This document shows positions 1 through 9,534 of a stretch of DNA of 58,357 bases, piece after piece (the first letter of the stretch is position 1; each line of letters begins with the position of its first letter). Position numbers and translations under genes: made by a program. The notes below the pieces were generated by a model. That model saw only the letters and a list, made by a program, of their open reading frames with translations. It did not search any database and had not been told where the DNA came from. The stretch covers positions 1 to 58,357 of the forward strand of contig JABFRC010000055.1 in assembly GCA_013141375.1 (NCBI GenBank), given 5' to 3'. The stretch is from Methylococcaceae bacterium (GTDB lineage Bacteria > Pseudomonadota > Gammaproteobacteria > Methylococcales > Methylomonadaceae).

Positions 1-100
1 CATTGTAGCCGCTTTTAGCTTGCAAGCGCATGACAGTTTTATAGGCTAATCCCTTAACATCCTGTATCATTTGATTTTTTGTTGATTCCTCAGCCTCATC

Positions 101-649
101 ATGAGAAAACCGCTTTTCCCTTTAAGGTTGCGCAGTGACCGCGCTTTGCGTTGCATCGTTGTACTTACCGGCAGCCTTACACTTAACGCCTGCACAACCA
201 TCCTGACACACTTACCCGGCGTTTACACCGTAGATGTTCAGCAAGGCAATATGATCGATCAAAGCATGGTTGATCAACTTCGCCCCAACATGACTAAGCG
301 CCAAGTGCTTTACATCATGGGATCGCCAATGCTAACCGATTACTTCCATCAAAATCGTTGGGATTTCATATACTCAGCGCAACTGGATGGCGAAGACAGA
401 CAACAAAAAAGAATCAGCTTATTCTTCCAGAACGACCTGGTCGTTGGTATCCAAGGCGACTTCAGGCCTAGCCAAAATCAGGTAACCAAACCCGCGCCGG
501 AGACAACTATCGATGTCCCCAAACGCGATCTTGAAAAAACGCTATGGGAAACTATTCGCGGCTGGTTTGGATATGACGGCATTGAGAACTCACCCAAAAC
601 TGAAAAGACACCCAAACCGGCAAGCGCTAATACCGATAGCCCGGTTTAA
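101..649 (+). CDS. bamE: Outer membrane protein assembly factor BamE (SmpA/OmlA lipoprotein)
   Basis: 182-aa ORF with a lipoprotein-type signal ending in lipobox '..LTLNAC'. The core 'VDVQQGNMIDQSMVDQLRPNMTKRQVLYIMGSP' is typical of the SmpA/OmlA family. Sits in the conserved bamE / rnfH-ratA / smpB neighbourhood. Confidence 0.85.
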   Translation: MRKPLFPLRLRSDRALRCIVVLTGSLTLNACTTILTHLPGVYTVDVQQGNMIDQSMVDQLRPNMTKRQVLYIMGSPMLTDYFHQNRWDFIYSAQLDGEDRQQKRISLFFQNDLVVGIQGDFRPSQNQVTKPAPETTIDVPKRDLEKTLWETIRGWFGYDGIENSPKTEKTPKPASANTDSPV

Positions 650-660
650 AAACCAGTAAA

Positions 661-948
661 TTATCTTTTGGCAACGGCTGTTTTCACGGCCCGCTGCCGT
701 CTGGCATCTTTCGGATCATTCAACAGCGGCCGATAAATTTCCACCCGGTCGCCCTGCGCTAAAACCTGATCTAACTGACAGGGCTTGGCAAATATGCCCA
801 CCGCTATCGAGCTTTCATCTATTTCAGGAAATTGTTGCTGTAAACCGGAAGCGTTAACGGCTTGACCGACATTACTTCCAATTGGCAGTCGTAATTGCAC
901 AAGCACCTGGAGCTCAGGGATTGCATAAGCAACCTCGACATCAATCAT
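661..948 (-). CDS. rnfH: RnfH family protein (UPF0125, ubiquitin-like fold)
   Basis: The RnfH-like sequence starts at 'MIDVEVAYA...RVEIYRPLLNDPKDARRQRA', residue 94 of track ORF 661..1227. The ATG at 948..946 overlaps the ratA stop (8-nt overlap). The longer ORF start is an over-extension into ratA. Confidence 0.8.
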   Translation of the reverse strand: MIDVEVAYAIPELQVLVQLRLPIGSNVGQAVNASGLQQQFPEIDESSIAVGIFAKPCQLDQVLAQGDRVEIYRPLLNDPKDARRQRAVKTAVAKR

Positions 949-1384
949 TGCTACCGCCGTAAAGCTGCTTAGCCCGATCGGTAAAAGAACTGACCATGGT
1001 GTTACAAATTTGGTGAAATACCGCACCGAAGGCCAAGTTCGCCAGTAAACCGGACATTTCAAACTCAAGATCCAGGGAAATCTTGCTGGCATCTTCCCGT
1101 AACGGCATAAAATTCCAGACACCATCAAGAGAATTGAACGGCCCATTGAGCAGCGAAACGGTGATGCGACCGCCCGGATCAATGATGTTGCGAGTTGCAA
1201 ACGATTTTTTAAAGCCGCCTTTAGCAATCAGCAATTCGGCTTCGACGACACCCTCTTCACGCTTGAGAATCCTGCTGCCGCTGCACCAGGGCAGAAACTG
1301 GGGATATTGCTCAATATCATTCACCAAATCAAACATGCGTTGCGCAGAAAACTTAACCAAAGCACTTTTTTGGATCAGTGTCAT
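941..1384 (-). CDS. ratA: SRPBCC-fold RatA/YfjG (Coq10-like) ribosome-association toxin family protein
   Basis: 147-aa ORF 'VKFSAQRMFDLVNDIEQYPQFLPWCSGSRIL' matches polyketide-cyclase/SRPBCC RatA proteins. Classic ratA-rnfH pair divergent from smpB. Confidence 0.8.
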   Translation of the reverse strand: MTLIQKSALVKFSAQRMFDLVNDIEQYPQFLPWCSGSRILKREEGVVEAELLIAKGGFKKSFATRNIIDPGGRITVSLLNGPFNSLDGVWNFMPLREDASKISLDLEFEMSGLLANLAFGAVFHQICNTMVSSFTDRAKQLYGGSND

Positions 1385-1386
1385 GA

Positions 1387-2739
1387 TTAAAGCACTCCGA
1401 CCACATGCAGAAAAACTAAAAACACTGCTGATGGCGCAACATATTTAACCAACACCTGCCAGATTTTGTAGCTTTCAGCCGGAATGGCCAATTCTTGCTC
1501 GCTATGTTGCTGGTGCATGATCCAGCCGGTAAATACCGCAATACAAAAGCCGCCAATCGGCAGCATCAGGTTGGCCGTCAAGTAATCCAGTAATTGGAAT
1601 AAAGTACGATCGAATAATTTAACTTCCGACCACACATTGAATGAAAATACACTGGCCAAACCTAAAGCCCATGCACCGCCACCCGACCATATACAGGCTT
1701 GCTGGCGAGTCATGTTTTTGTTTTCTACCAACCAGGCTACTGCAGGCTCAATCAGTGATATCGACGAAGTTAATGCCGCCACCACCAGCATCACAAAAAA
1801 CAGCACACCAAATAACCAGCCACCGGCCATGTTACCGAATGCCACCGGCAGGGTTTCAAAAATCAAACCCGGACCCGATGCTGGGTGCAGGTCGTTGGCA
1901 AAGACAATCGGGAAAATAGCAATCCCCGCCAATAAAGCCACGACCGTATCAGCCCCTGCAACCAACATTGAAGTCTTGGCAATCGAAATATTCTTAGGTA
2001 AATAAGCGCCATAGACCATGATAGAACCCATGCCCAAACTTAAGGTAAAAAAGGCATGCCCCATCGCGGTTAAGACCGAATCCGCGGTTAATTTACTAAA
2101 ATCCGGTGTGAATAAAAAGCGTAAACCCTGCTCATAACTGCCAGTGGTCATCGCATAGCCGACCAACAAGATCAACAGCACGAACAGACTGGGCATCAAT
2201 AATCGCGCGGCTTTTTCCAGGCCGTTATTTACGCCGCGATTGACTATCCACATGGTCGCGAACATGAACGCGCTATGCCAAAAAATCAGCTGTATTGGAC
2301 TGGCAATAAAATCACCAAATAACTGTTTTATACCAGGGGCATCGACACCGGAAAAACTGCCAAAAAAAGCCTTCAACACATAAGCCGAAGCCCATCCGGC
2401 AATCACGCTGTAATAAGACAGAATCAAAAAACCCGCTATCACGCCCATCCAGCCCAGATACCGCCAGTTGTGATCGGCACCGGCCTCTTCCGTCAGCGTT
2501 TTCAAGGCATCAATCGGATTTTGCCGGGCATGACGACCCATCATGGTTTCAGCAATCATGATGGGAATGCCAATTAGCAATACACAGAGCAAATACACCA
2601 AAACAAACGCACCGCCACCGTTTTCGCCGGTGATATAGGGAAATTTCCAGATATTCCCCAGCCCTACCGCAGAACCGGTAGCCGCCAAAATAAACGCCAA
2701 GCGCGATGACCATTCACCCTGTATTTTTTGTGTACTCAT
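1387..2739 (-). CDS. Sodium-dependent transporter, neurotransmitter:sodium symporter (SNF/NSS) family
   Basis: 450-aa polytopic ORF with the NSS hallmark 'GSAVGLGNIWKFPY' near the N-terminus. Its stop codon ends 2 nt before the ratA start. Confidence 0.85.
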   Translation of the reverse strand: MSTQKIQGEWSSRLAFILAATGSAVGLGNIWKFPYITGENGGGAFVLVYLLCVLLIGIPIMIAETMMGRHARQNPIDALKTLTEEAGADHNWRYLGWMGVIAGFLILSYYSVIAGWASAYVLKAFFGSFSGVDAPGIKQLFGDFIASPIQLIFWHSAFMFATMWIVNRGVNNGLEKAARLLMPSLFVLLILLVGYAMTTGSYEQGLRFLFTPDFSKLTADSVLTAMGHAFFTLSLGMGSIMVYGAYLPKNISIAKTSMLVAGADTVVALLAGIAIFPIVFANDLHPASGPGLIFETLPVAFGNMAGGWLFGVLFFVMLVVAALTSSISLIEPAVAWLVENKNMTRQQACIWSGGGAWALGLASVFSFNVWSEVKLFDRTLFQLLDYLTANLMLPIGGFCIAVFTGWIMHQQHSEQELAIPAESYKIWQVLVKYVAPSAVFLVFLHVVGVL

Positions 2740-2845
2740 CTTATGAATGCCTGTTATCTGTAGTTTAAAAGCTCAAGGCTTCAGAAAATCGGGTAAAATA
2801 ACACAGTATCTCCTTCCGTAAGCTTAAAAAATCCTGCCCAACACC

Positions 2846-3331
2846 ATGGCCGATAAAAAATCTAAAAATAATAAATCCCAACAAAATGCCACTATTGCCG
2901 TCAATCGACAGGCAAAACATGAGTATTTTATTGAGGAGCGATTTGAAGCGGGGCTGGTTTTAGAAGGCTGGGAAGTCAAAAGCTTAAGGGAAGGCCGAGT
3001 CCAACTCAAAGAAAGCTATGTCGTTATAAAACGCGGCGAAGCCTGGTTGTCCGGGGCGCATATTTCTGCGTTGCTCTCGGCCTCGACCCATGTCAACCCT
3101 GACGCCGTCCGCCAAAAAAAGTTACTGCTTAATCTTCATGAGCTTAACAAACTGATCGGTGCGGTAGAGCGCAAAGGCTATACCATCATCCCTTTATCGA
3201 TGTACTGGAAAAACGGCCGCGCCAAACTGGAAATTGGCCTTGCGAAGGGCAAGCAGTTGCATGATAAACGCGCCACCGTTAAAGACCGAGACTGGCAACG
3301 GGAAAAAGGGCGAGTTTTAAAGCGCGGCTAA
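2846..3331 (+). CDS. smpB: SsrA-binding protein SmpB
   Basis: 161-aa ORF '[40 protein letters not shown]' is strongly SmpB-like. Confidence 0.95.
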   Translation: MADKKSKNNKSQQNATIAVNRQAKHEYFIEERFEAGLVLEGWEVKSLREGRVQLKESYVVIKRGEAWLSGAHISALLSASTHVNPDAVRQKKLLLNLHELNKLIGAVERKGYTIIPLSMYWKNGRAKLEIGLAKGKQLHDKRATVKDRDWQREKGRVLKRG

Positions 3332-3509
3332 AGTGCGTCTAAACAAGCAACCAGCTATGACATTGATTACATAAACATAAGCATCAATATCTGTTCCTAA
3401 TTAAGCCTTATGTAGTGTCTTCGCCCTAAATTTCATACCCAGCAACGCGCTGTACAGCAGAAACTATATTTACAAGCTACTTCAACCAATAAATCAGATG
3501 AGGTAAATC

Positions 3510-3842
3510 ATGCTTCTATTAGACACTAAATATTCCCATGCCCAGTTAGATAGAATCCGCGATCAAGGTGCTATATTCATGTGCGCCTGCCCTAGTCAAG
3601 TCAGTTTACAGATCACCCATTTACGCAAACTATTCGAATATCAGCGTCAATGCGTCAGAAGCGATGAAAGCTACATCAACAGCGAAACGCATCGTTTAAT
3701 AGCCAAGGCCACCGCCGATGCTCATAAAATCATGGAAGACTGCATGGAAGAAATTCTGATTCGTGAAGCCTGGAATCTCGAAACACTAGAAATGCCAGCT
3801 AATTTGCGCGAGTTAATGTTGAAAGTCGCTGAAGATGATTAA
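3510..3842 (+). CDS. Hypothetical small protein (four Cys, acidic C-terminus)
   Basis: 110-aa ORF with 'GAGG' 8 nt upstream of the ATG. I recognise no family. First gene of a tightly packed plus-strand cluster. Confidence 0.4.
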   Translation: MLLLDTKYSHAQLDRIRDQGAIFMCACPSQVSLQITHLRKLFEYQRQCVRSDESYINSETHRLIAKATADAHKIMEDCMEEILIREAWNLETLEMPANLRELMLKVAEDD

Positions 3843-3901
3843 CCTTTAGCATCCTCAAACGTACTACTATTTAAACAAAATCACCTTAAACAGACCAGTC
3901 T

Positions 3902-4255
3902 ATGTCACTTGCCGCCTTTATCGAAAAAGCCAAACAGCAGCACCCCATTAGCTTTAATGACACCATCGCAGTCATCAGCGAACACTATGATTACCAGCCG
4001 ACTGAATTCAGCAATGGTATTGGTGACCATGCCCTTACCAGCCCTGCAGGCACCAACGAAGGCTCATGCAAAATCTTTGCTTTCGCCAAATTACACCAGC
4101 TGGATCAAGCCCAAACCCTCAACCTGTTCGGCGATTTCTATCACCAAGATGTCCTGAACGATCCAAACGGCTCTGGCCATCAAAACATCAGGAACTTCAT
4201 GCGTGATGGTTGGGATGGCATTGCGTTTTCCGACACGGCGCTAACCCTAAAATAA
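3902..4255 (+). CDS. HopJ type III effector family protein
   Basis: 117-aa ORF 'FNDTIAVISEHYDYQPTEFSNG...NEGSCKIFAFAKLHQL...FGDFYHQDVL..P.G..HQNIRNF' matches my recollection of the HopJ family, which is widespread in non-T3SS bacteria. Confidence 0.6.
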   Translation: MSLAAFIEKAKQQHPISFNDTIAVISEHYDYQPTEFSNGIGDHALTSPAGTNEGSCKIFAFAKLHQLDQAQTLNLFGDFYHQDVLNDPNGSGHQNIRNFMRDGWDGIAFSDTALTLK

Positions 4256-4275
4256 TCACACACGCCACCAAGCCG

Positions 4276-5316
4276 ATGAAAGTCGACGTCCTGATCATCG
4301 GCCAAGGTCTGGCAGGCAGTTTATTGGCGTGGGAGCTGTTAAAACGCGACTGCAGGATCATGATTATTGATAACGGTGAAGAAAACGCCTCTCAAGTCGC
4401 CGCCGGCCTTATCAATCCCGTCACTGGCATACGCTTGGTCAAAGCGCCTGAAATTGACACACTTCTTCCTATCGCCACACGACTTTACGCCGAACTTGCC
4501 GAGTATTTTCAGCAAACTTTCTACATTGAAAAACCAATGTTGCGAATTTTGCGTAATGCCAATGAAGCCATCTATGCAGCCAATCGACTTGCTGATCCTG
4601 CTTATCGAGAATATATCGCTGAAGCCGACTCAACCGACACACGGCCATCACCGTTTGGTTGTATGCAACAAAACCACACTGGCTACTTGTTAACCCAGTC
4701 ACTATTAAGCTGCTTAAAAGCTTTTTTTATTTCTAAAAACTGCTATCGAGTAACCAATGTCAATTATTCCGACATTGAACTTGGCAGCTCGCCTCGCTGG
4801 CAAGACATCAGTACCCAGCACATTGTTTTTTGCGAAGGCCACCGAGCTACCGATAACCCCTGGTTTTCTTGGTTGCCTTTTAGGCCGGTCAAAGGCGAAA
4901 TTTTGACATTGAGCCATCAAGCCACATTACCCGACAATATCCTCAATAATGGTCACTGGCTGATTCCGACTACGGATCAGCAACTTCGAGTTGGCGCGAC
5001 TTTCGACCGGGGAAACCTGAACATACTACCGACCGAAGCAGGTAAAAATGAGTTGTTAGATACTATGCAAACACTTCTGCCCGGATTCTCGGCAGAGATC
5101 ATTGCGCATAAAGCCAATATTCGTCCCTGCACCGCGGACAGAAAACCTTTCATCGGCCGACACCCACATAATCCGCAATTACTGATCTTCAATGGCTTCG
5201 GCGCCAAAGGCAGCTTGCAAATTCCCTGGTACAGCCGGCAATTTGTGCAGCATATGTTGAACGGCAGCCACCTTCCTACAGACTGCGATATAAAGAGATA
5301 TGCAGAAAAGTACTAG
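4276..5316 (+). CDS. FAD-dependent oxidoreductase (DAO/glycine-oxidase-like superfamily)
   Basis: N-terminal Rossmann dinucleotide motif 'VDVLIIGQGLAGSLLAWEL' follows the ATG at 4276. The track start at 4210 overlaps the HopJ gene and lacks the motif context. C-terminal 'RPCTADRKPFIG' is DAO-like. Confidence 0.75.
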   Translation: MKVDVLIIGQGLAGSLLAWELLKRDCRIMIIDNGEENASQVAAGLINPVTGIRLVKAPEIDTLLPIATRLYAELAEYFQQTFYIEKPMLRILRNANEAIYAANRLADPAYREYIAEADSTDTRPSPFGCMQQNHTGYLLTQSLLSCLKAFFISKNCYRVTNVNYSDIELGSSPRWQDISTQHIVFCEGHRATDNPWFSWLPFRPVKGEILTLSHQATLPDNILNNGHWLIPTTDQQLRVGATFDRGNLNILPTEAGKNELLDTMQTLLPGFSAEIIAHKANIRPCTADRKPFIGRHPHNPQLLIFNGFGAKGSLQIPWYSRQFVQHMLNGSHLPTDCDIKRYAEKY

Positions 5317-5881
5317 CCTAATTACCACGGCTCATGAGTTGCTCGCCAAACACTTGCAACCCGGCGATATTGCAATTGATGCCACACTGGGCAACGGCTA
5401 TGACACACTATTCCTGGCCCAACACGTCGGCCCGGAAGGCAAAGTCTTCGGCTTTGATATTCAGTCAGCAGCCTTACAATCCACACAGGAAAAATGCCAG
5501 CGGGCACAACTGCAAGAGCGCGTAAGATTGATTCAAGATAACCATGCCAATATGCCTCAGCACATTCCAGACTCGCTGCATGGCCGCATTAACGCCATCA
5601 TGTTCAATCTAGGCTATCTGCCTGGCGGTGATAAAACTATCATTACCCAGTTCGATTCCACCCTCATCGCCCTCAATGCCGCGATTGATTTATTGTCACC
5701 CACCGGCATGCTTACCCTAGTTGCCTACCCAGGCCATCAAGGCGGTGACCAGGAAACCGAGCAGGTAACTCACTGGTGCGAACAACTCAATACCGCACAT
5801 TTCAAGGTCAAAATTTATTACAGCGCAATCAATAAGGACTCAGCACCCAGATTGTTTGTGATCAATAAAATCCAGAGCTGA
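5300..5881 (+). CDS. mnmM: Class I SAM-dependent methyltransferase of the YtqB/MnmM family (tRNA mnm5s2U34 methyltransferase-like)
   Basis: 193-aa ORF. 'GDIAIDATLGNGYDTLFLAQHVGPEGKVFGFDIQ' and 'FNLGYLPGGDKTIIT' closely parallel B. subtilis YtqB (MnmM). Overlaps the upstream oxidoreductase by 17 nt. Confidence 0.6.
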   Translation: MQKSTSLITTAHELLAKHLQPGDIAIDATLGNGYDTLFLAQHVGPEGKVFGFDIQSAALQSTQEKCQRAQLQERVRLIQDNHANMPQHIPDSLHGRINAIMFNLGYLPGGDKTIITQFDSTLIALNAAIDLLSPTGMLTLVAYPGHQGGDQETEQVTHWCEQLNTAHFKVKIYYSAINKDSAPRLFVINKIQS

Positions 5882-5885
5882 AGCC

Positions 5886-6824
5886 ATGCAAACACAAAAA
5901 CCTGTATCAACTCCGGACCAGCGACTAAATCTCTGGATATTTACCGATAACAAACCCGGCCATCGCAATCAATTGCAAGGCTTGGTCAATGCCCTTTCAG
6001 AACGTTGTGTAATCGATGGAAAATGGATACCGGTTTTAGCGCAGCAACGGGGTTTTTTGGGCACATTAAATAAACTGCGCCGGCAATATAAAAAACGCGC
6101 GCCTGATCTGATTCTCGGCGCCGGCCACAGCACGCATAAATTTTTGTTGTTAAGCCGCTGGCTGTTTGGTGGTAAGGCTGTTTTATTGATGAAACCCAGC
6201 TTGCCCATCAGCTGGTTTGATCTGGTGCTTATTCCGGAACATGACGGCCATTTTCCGCAAACCAATGTCATTGCCACACGCGGCGTCATCAACAAAATAA
6301 AACCAATGCCAGCCAAAAATGAAGGTAAAGGCCTGTTCTTGATTGGCGGGCCTTCCAAGCATTATGCCTGGGACAGCCGACATGTCGCAGGGCAAGTGAC
6401 AGCAATTCTCACCGCGCATCCTGACATCGACTGGCAACTCACCACTTCGCGACGCACGCCGGGTGATTTTATCGCCTGCTTGCCTGGCGACAGCCAAAAT
6501 CTGTCCATCATTCCACACACCGCATGCGATGCCGACTGGCTGCCTAAACAGCTGAGTGAAGCCGGCCAAGTCTGGGTAAGCGAGGACAGCGTGTCGATGA
6601 TTTACGAAGCGTTGACTTCAGGCGCGTTGACCGGTTTGCTGGAAGTCCCCGCCACTACATCGGGCCGCGTACAAAAAGGCGTACTCAATTTGCTGCAAGA
6701 CAAACTGTTATTTCGATACAGCGACTGGCTCTTACACCCCAAGCTCTCGCTACATCCGGCCCAGCTCAACGAAGCTGATCGCTGCGCGGAATTAATTCTT
6801 AAGGATTTTTGTAATGACGAATAA
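5886..6824 (+). CDS. ELM1/DUF1022 family protein (glycosyltransferase-like fold)
   Basis: 312-aa ORF. The N-terminal 'LWIFTDNKPGHRNQLQGLVNAL' motif is typical of bacterial 'mitochondrial fission ELM1' family proteins. Starts 4 nt after the previous gene and overlaps the next by 11 nt. Confidence 0.6.
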   Translation: MQTQKPVSTPDQRLNLWIFTDNKPGHRNQLQGLVNALSERCVIDGKWIPVLAQQRGFLGTLNKLRRQYKKRAPDLILGAGHSTHKFLLLSRWLFGGKAVLLMKPSLPISWFDLVLIPEHDGHFPQTNVIATRGVINKIKPMPAKNEGKGLFLIGGPSKHYAWDSRHVAGQVTAILTAHPDIDWQLTTSRRTPGDFIACLPGDSQNLSIIPHTACDADWLPKQLSEAGQVWVSEDSVSMIYEALTSGALTGLLEVPATTSGRVQKGVLNLLQDKLLFRYSDWLLHPKLSLHPAQLNEADRCAELILKDFCNDE

Positions 6825-7935
6825 GTCACTTACCATAATACAAGTATTACCGGCCCTGAATGGCGGTGGCGTCGAACGCGGCACACTGGAAATCGGCAAA
6901 TATTTGGTACAACAAGGCCATCGCTCACTTGTGATTTCGGCGGGCGGGCGTATGGTTGAGCAGCTGACCCAAGAAGGCAGCGAGCATATTCAAGCCGATA
7001 TCGGCGCTAAAAAGTTATCGACCCTGCGCTACATCTTCTGGCTGCGGAAGTTGTTGCTGGAAATTCGTCCAGATATCCTGCATTTTCGTTCGCGCTTACC
7101 AGCATGGATCGGTTATCTGGCGTGGCTTACATTGCCAAAAGCGTCAAGACCCAACTTGGTCACCACTTTTCACGGCCAACATTCCGTAAATCGTTACAGC
7201 GCCATCATGACCTGTGGTGAGCGTGTGATTACCGTGTCAGAGATGATGAAGGACTACATTTTAAGGTCCTACCCGACTGTCGCAGCCAACAAAATCCAGG
7301 TCATTCACCGCGGCGTAGATACTCATCATTATTACCCCGGTTACCAACCTGATGAGACTTGGCTTAAACAATGGTTTGAGCAATTTCCGCAAACTAAAGA
7401 TATCGCTTTGCTGACGCTCCCCGGCCGGCTGACCCGCCGCAAAGGCATTGAAGATTTTATTGAAATAATGGTCAAGTTACGCGAATTGGGCATTGCGGCC
7501 CATGGATTGATTGTCGGGGAAACGCACCCCAAACAAAGCCAATATCAACAGGAACTGGCAACGCTGATTGCTGCGCATGATCTTGAAAACGCGATTACCT
7601 TTACCGGCCATCGCTCGGATTTGCAAAATATTCTAGCGATATCCAGCGTGGTGCTGTCGCTGTCAAAAATACCGGAAGCATTTGGCCGGACGGCAACAGA
7701 AGCCCTCAGCATGGGCATTCCGGTGCTGGGTTATGATCATGGCGGCATAGAGGAACAACTTAACGAGCTGTTTCCGGAAGGCAAAGTCCCGGTCGGAGAT
7801 ATCAAATATGCCGCCGATAAAATTGCGGCATATTTAACTGTTACCGTTCCGGAAATTGCCCCGAATCGATTGTTTACTCTGGAAAAAATGTGTTCGGAAA
7901 CAATAAAGGTTTATCGATCACTATCTAAGATGTAA
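6814..7935 (+). CDS. Glycosyltransferase family 4 (GT-B fold)
   Basis: 373-aa ORF. N-terminal 'VLPALNGGGVERGTLEIGKYL' and C-terminal 'PEAFGRTATEALSMGIPVLG' (E-x7-E type region) are typical of GT4 enzymes. Confidence 0.8.
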   Translation: MTNKSLTIIQVLPALNGGGVERGTLEIGKYLVQQGHRSLVISAGGRMVEQLTQEGSEHIQADIGAKKLSTLRYIFWLRKLLLEIRPDILHFRSRLPAWIGYLAWLTLPKASRPNLVTTFHGQHSVNRYSAIMTCGERVITVSEMMKDYILRSYPTVAANKIQVIHRGVDTHHYYPGYQPDETWLKQWFEQFPQTKDIALLTLPGRLTRRKGIEDFIEIMVKLRELGIAAHGLIVGETHPKQSQYQQELATLIAAHDLENAITFTGHRSDLQNILAISSVVLSLSKIPEAFGRTATEALSMGIPVLGYDHGGIEEQLNELFPEGKVPVGDIKYAADKIAAYLTVTVPEIAPNRLFTLEKMCSETIKVYRSLSKM

Positions 7936-7945
7936 CGCTCCCCTC

Positions 7946-9040
7946 TCAGGAATCATCCACCTGATCAGCCAGTGCGGACAGCTGTTTAATTAAGCCCTGC
8001 AACTGTGCTTCTGTATCCCCGCAAACTGTAGCATGGGCCACTTTGCGGCCTTTGCGCGGAGATTTATCGTAAAGATGAAGATGCGCATGATCGATGTCCA
8101 ATACTGCCTCGGTAGTCGGAAGCCCGCCGATGAAATTGATCATGGCTGCATTGCCTACCGGATCCGTCGAACCTAAGGGTAAATCCAGAATGGCTCGCAG
8201 ATGATTTTCAAATTGACTGGTTTGCGCGCCTTCAATTGTCCAATGTGCAGAGTTGTGTACGCGCGGAGCAAATTCATTGGCTATTAACTTGCCGTTAACT
8301 TCAAACAATTCCAGCGCCAGCACGCCGACATAATCCAGCGCCTCTAATAATCGCGTGGCATAGCTTTCAGCTTGCGCCTGCAATGCATCATTGGCTCGAC
8401 ATTGAGCAACACGCAAAATGCCGCCGCGATGCACATTCTCGGATAAGGGGTAGAACACAATTGCGCCAGACACATTGCGTACCGCAACGATGGACACTTC
8501 CCGATCAAACGGCACAAAACCTTCAACAATCGAAGGCACGCCTTGCAGCACGTCCCAGGCATTGGCCAAATCATCAGACGATTTCAGCACCGACTGACCT
8601 TTGCCGTCATAACCTTGTGTCCGGCTCTTCAGGATTGCGGGATAGCCGATTGTCGGCATCACTTGTTCAAGATCGGCAAGACTATTGACTGGCGCATAAG
8701 CCGGTGTAGGAATGCCGATGTCATTAAAAAATGTTTTTTCGACTAATCGATCTTGGGCCACAGCCAAAGCTTTCGGGGCAGGATGCACTTGCGTGTGGGT
8801 CGCCAAAAACTCTGCGGTTTTGGCAGGTACATTTTCAAACTCATAAGTCACGACATCGGCACGTTCCGCCAATTGCGCCAACAGTTTTGGATCGTTGTAG
8901 TCACCTAATAAATGCTCACCCAATTTATTGGCGCATGCATCCGCTGAAGGATCGAGAAAAATGAACTCTACACCCAGCGGTACGCCTGCCAACGCAATCA
9001 TCCGAGCCAATTGTCCCGCGCCTAAGATGCCGACTTTCAT
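7946..9040 (-). CDS. purK: 5-(carboxyamino)imidazole ribonucleotide synthase
   Basis: 364-aa ATP-grasp ORF '[19 protein letters not shown]', '[18 protein letters not shown]'. ATGA overlap with the purE stop. Confidence 0.95.
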   Translation of the reverse strand: MKVGILGAGQLARMIALAGVPLGVEFIFLDPSADACANKLGEHLLGDYNDPKLLAQLAERADVVTYEFENVPAKTAEFLATHTQVHPAPKALAVAQDRLVEKTFFNDIGIPTPAYAPVNSLADLEQVMPTIGYPAILKSRTQGYDGKGQSVLKSSDDLANAWDVLQGVPSIVEGFVPFDREVSIVAVRNVSGAIVFYPLSENVHRGGILRVAQCRANDALQAQAESYATRLLEALDYVGVLALELFEVNGKLIANEFAPRVHNSAHWTIEGAQTSQFENHLRAILDLPLGSTDPVGNAAMINFIGGLPTTEAVLDIDHAHLHLYDKSPRKGRKVAHATVCGDTEAQLQGLIKQLSALADQVDDS

Positions 9041-9534
9041 AACTCTTCCTCGCGTGGATCTGATTTTGCCAATACGCTGTCTGTCTGATTTTGTCTAAAT
9101 TCGTTTAAAGCGGCGCGATATTCGTGGTGCTTATTGCTTACAATAGCGGCTGCCAGCAAGGCCGCATTGATGGCGCCGGCTTTGCCGATTGCCAAAGTAC
9201 CGACTGGAATGCCGGCAGGCATTTGCACGATCGATAACAATGAGTCCATACCATTTAAAGCTTTGGACTGTACCGGCACACCCAACACCGGCACCGCTGT
9301 TTTTGCCGCCGTCATCCCAGGCAAATGCGCCGCGCCGCCAGCACCGGCGATTATCACTTCCAGGCCTTTGGCTTCGGCGGCTTCTGCGTATTGAAACAAT
9401 TTATCAGGCGTACGGTGCGCGGAAACTACTTCAACTTCGTGTGCAATGCCCAGTTGCGTTAAGGTGTCTGCGGCGAAGCGCATGGTGTCCCAATCGGATG
9501 TGGACCCCATGATGATGCCAACCAATGCAGTCAT
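9037..9534 (-). CDS. purE: 5-(carboxyamino)imidazole ribonucleotide mutase
   Basis: 165-aa ORF '[14 protein letters not shown]...[11 protein letters not shown]...[14 protein letters not shown]' is canonical PurE. Confidence 0.95.
   Translation of the reverse strand: MTALVGIIMGSTSDWDTMRFAADTLTQLGIAHEVEVVSAHRTPDKLFQYAEAAEAKGLEVIIAGAGGAAHLPGMTAAKTAVPVLGVPVQSKALNGMDSLLSIVQMPAGIPVGTLAIGKAGAINAALLAAAIVSNKHHEYRAALNEFRQNQTDSVLAKSDPREEEL

Noticed and set aside
1-100. Possible start of a divergent gene at the left edge (a CAT triplet at 1-3; fur sits divergent from omlA/bamE in Pseudomonas).
   Set aside because: Only a start codon would be visible. Nothing supports it from this window.
661-1227. The 188-aa version of the rnfH ORF, and similar long versions at 4210, 16982, 19715, 28047, 28712, 36345 and 44955.
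   Set aside because: The N-terminal extensions overlap the upstream gene or a leader, lack family-typical sequence, and bypass internal starts that have better RBS or overlap-coupling geometry. I used shorter starts.
3332-3509. I looked for tmRNA (ssrA) downstream of smpB, where it sits in E. coli.
   Set aside because: There is no tRNA-Ala-like acceptor end (GGGGCTGA... / ...TCCACCA) and no tag-peptide ORF in the 178-nt gap. ssrA must be elsewhere.
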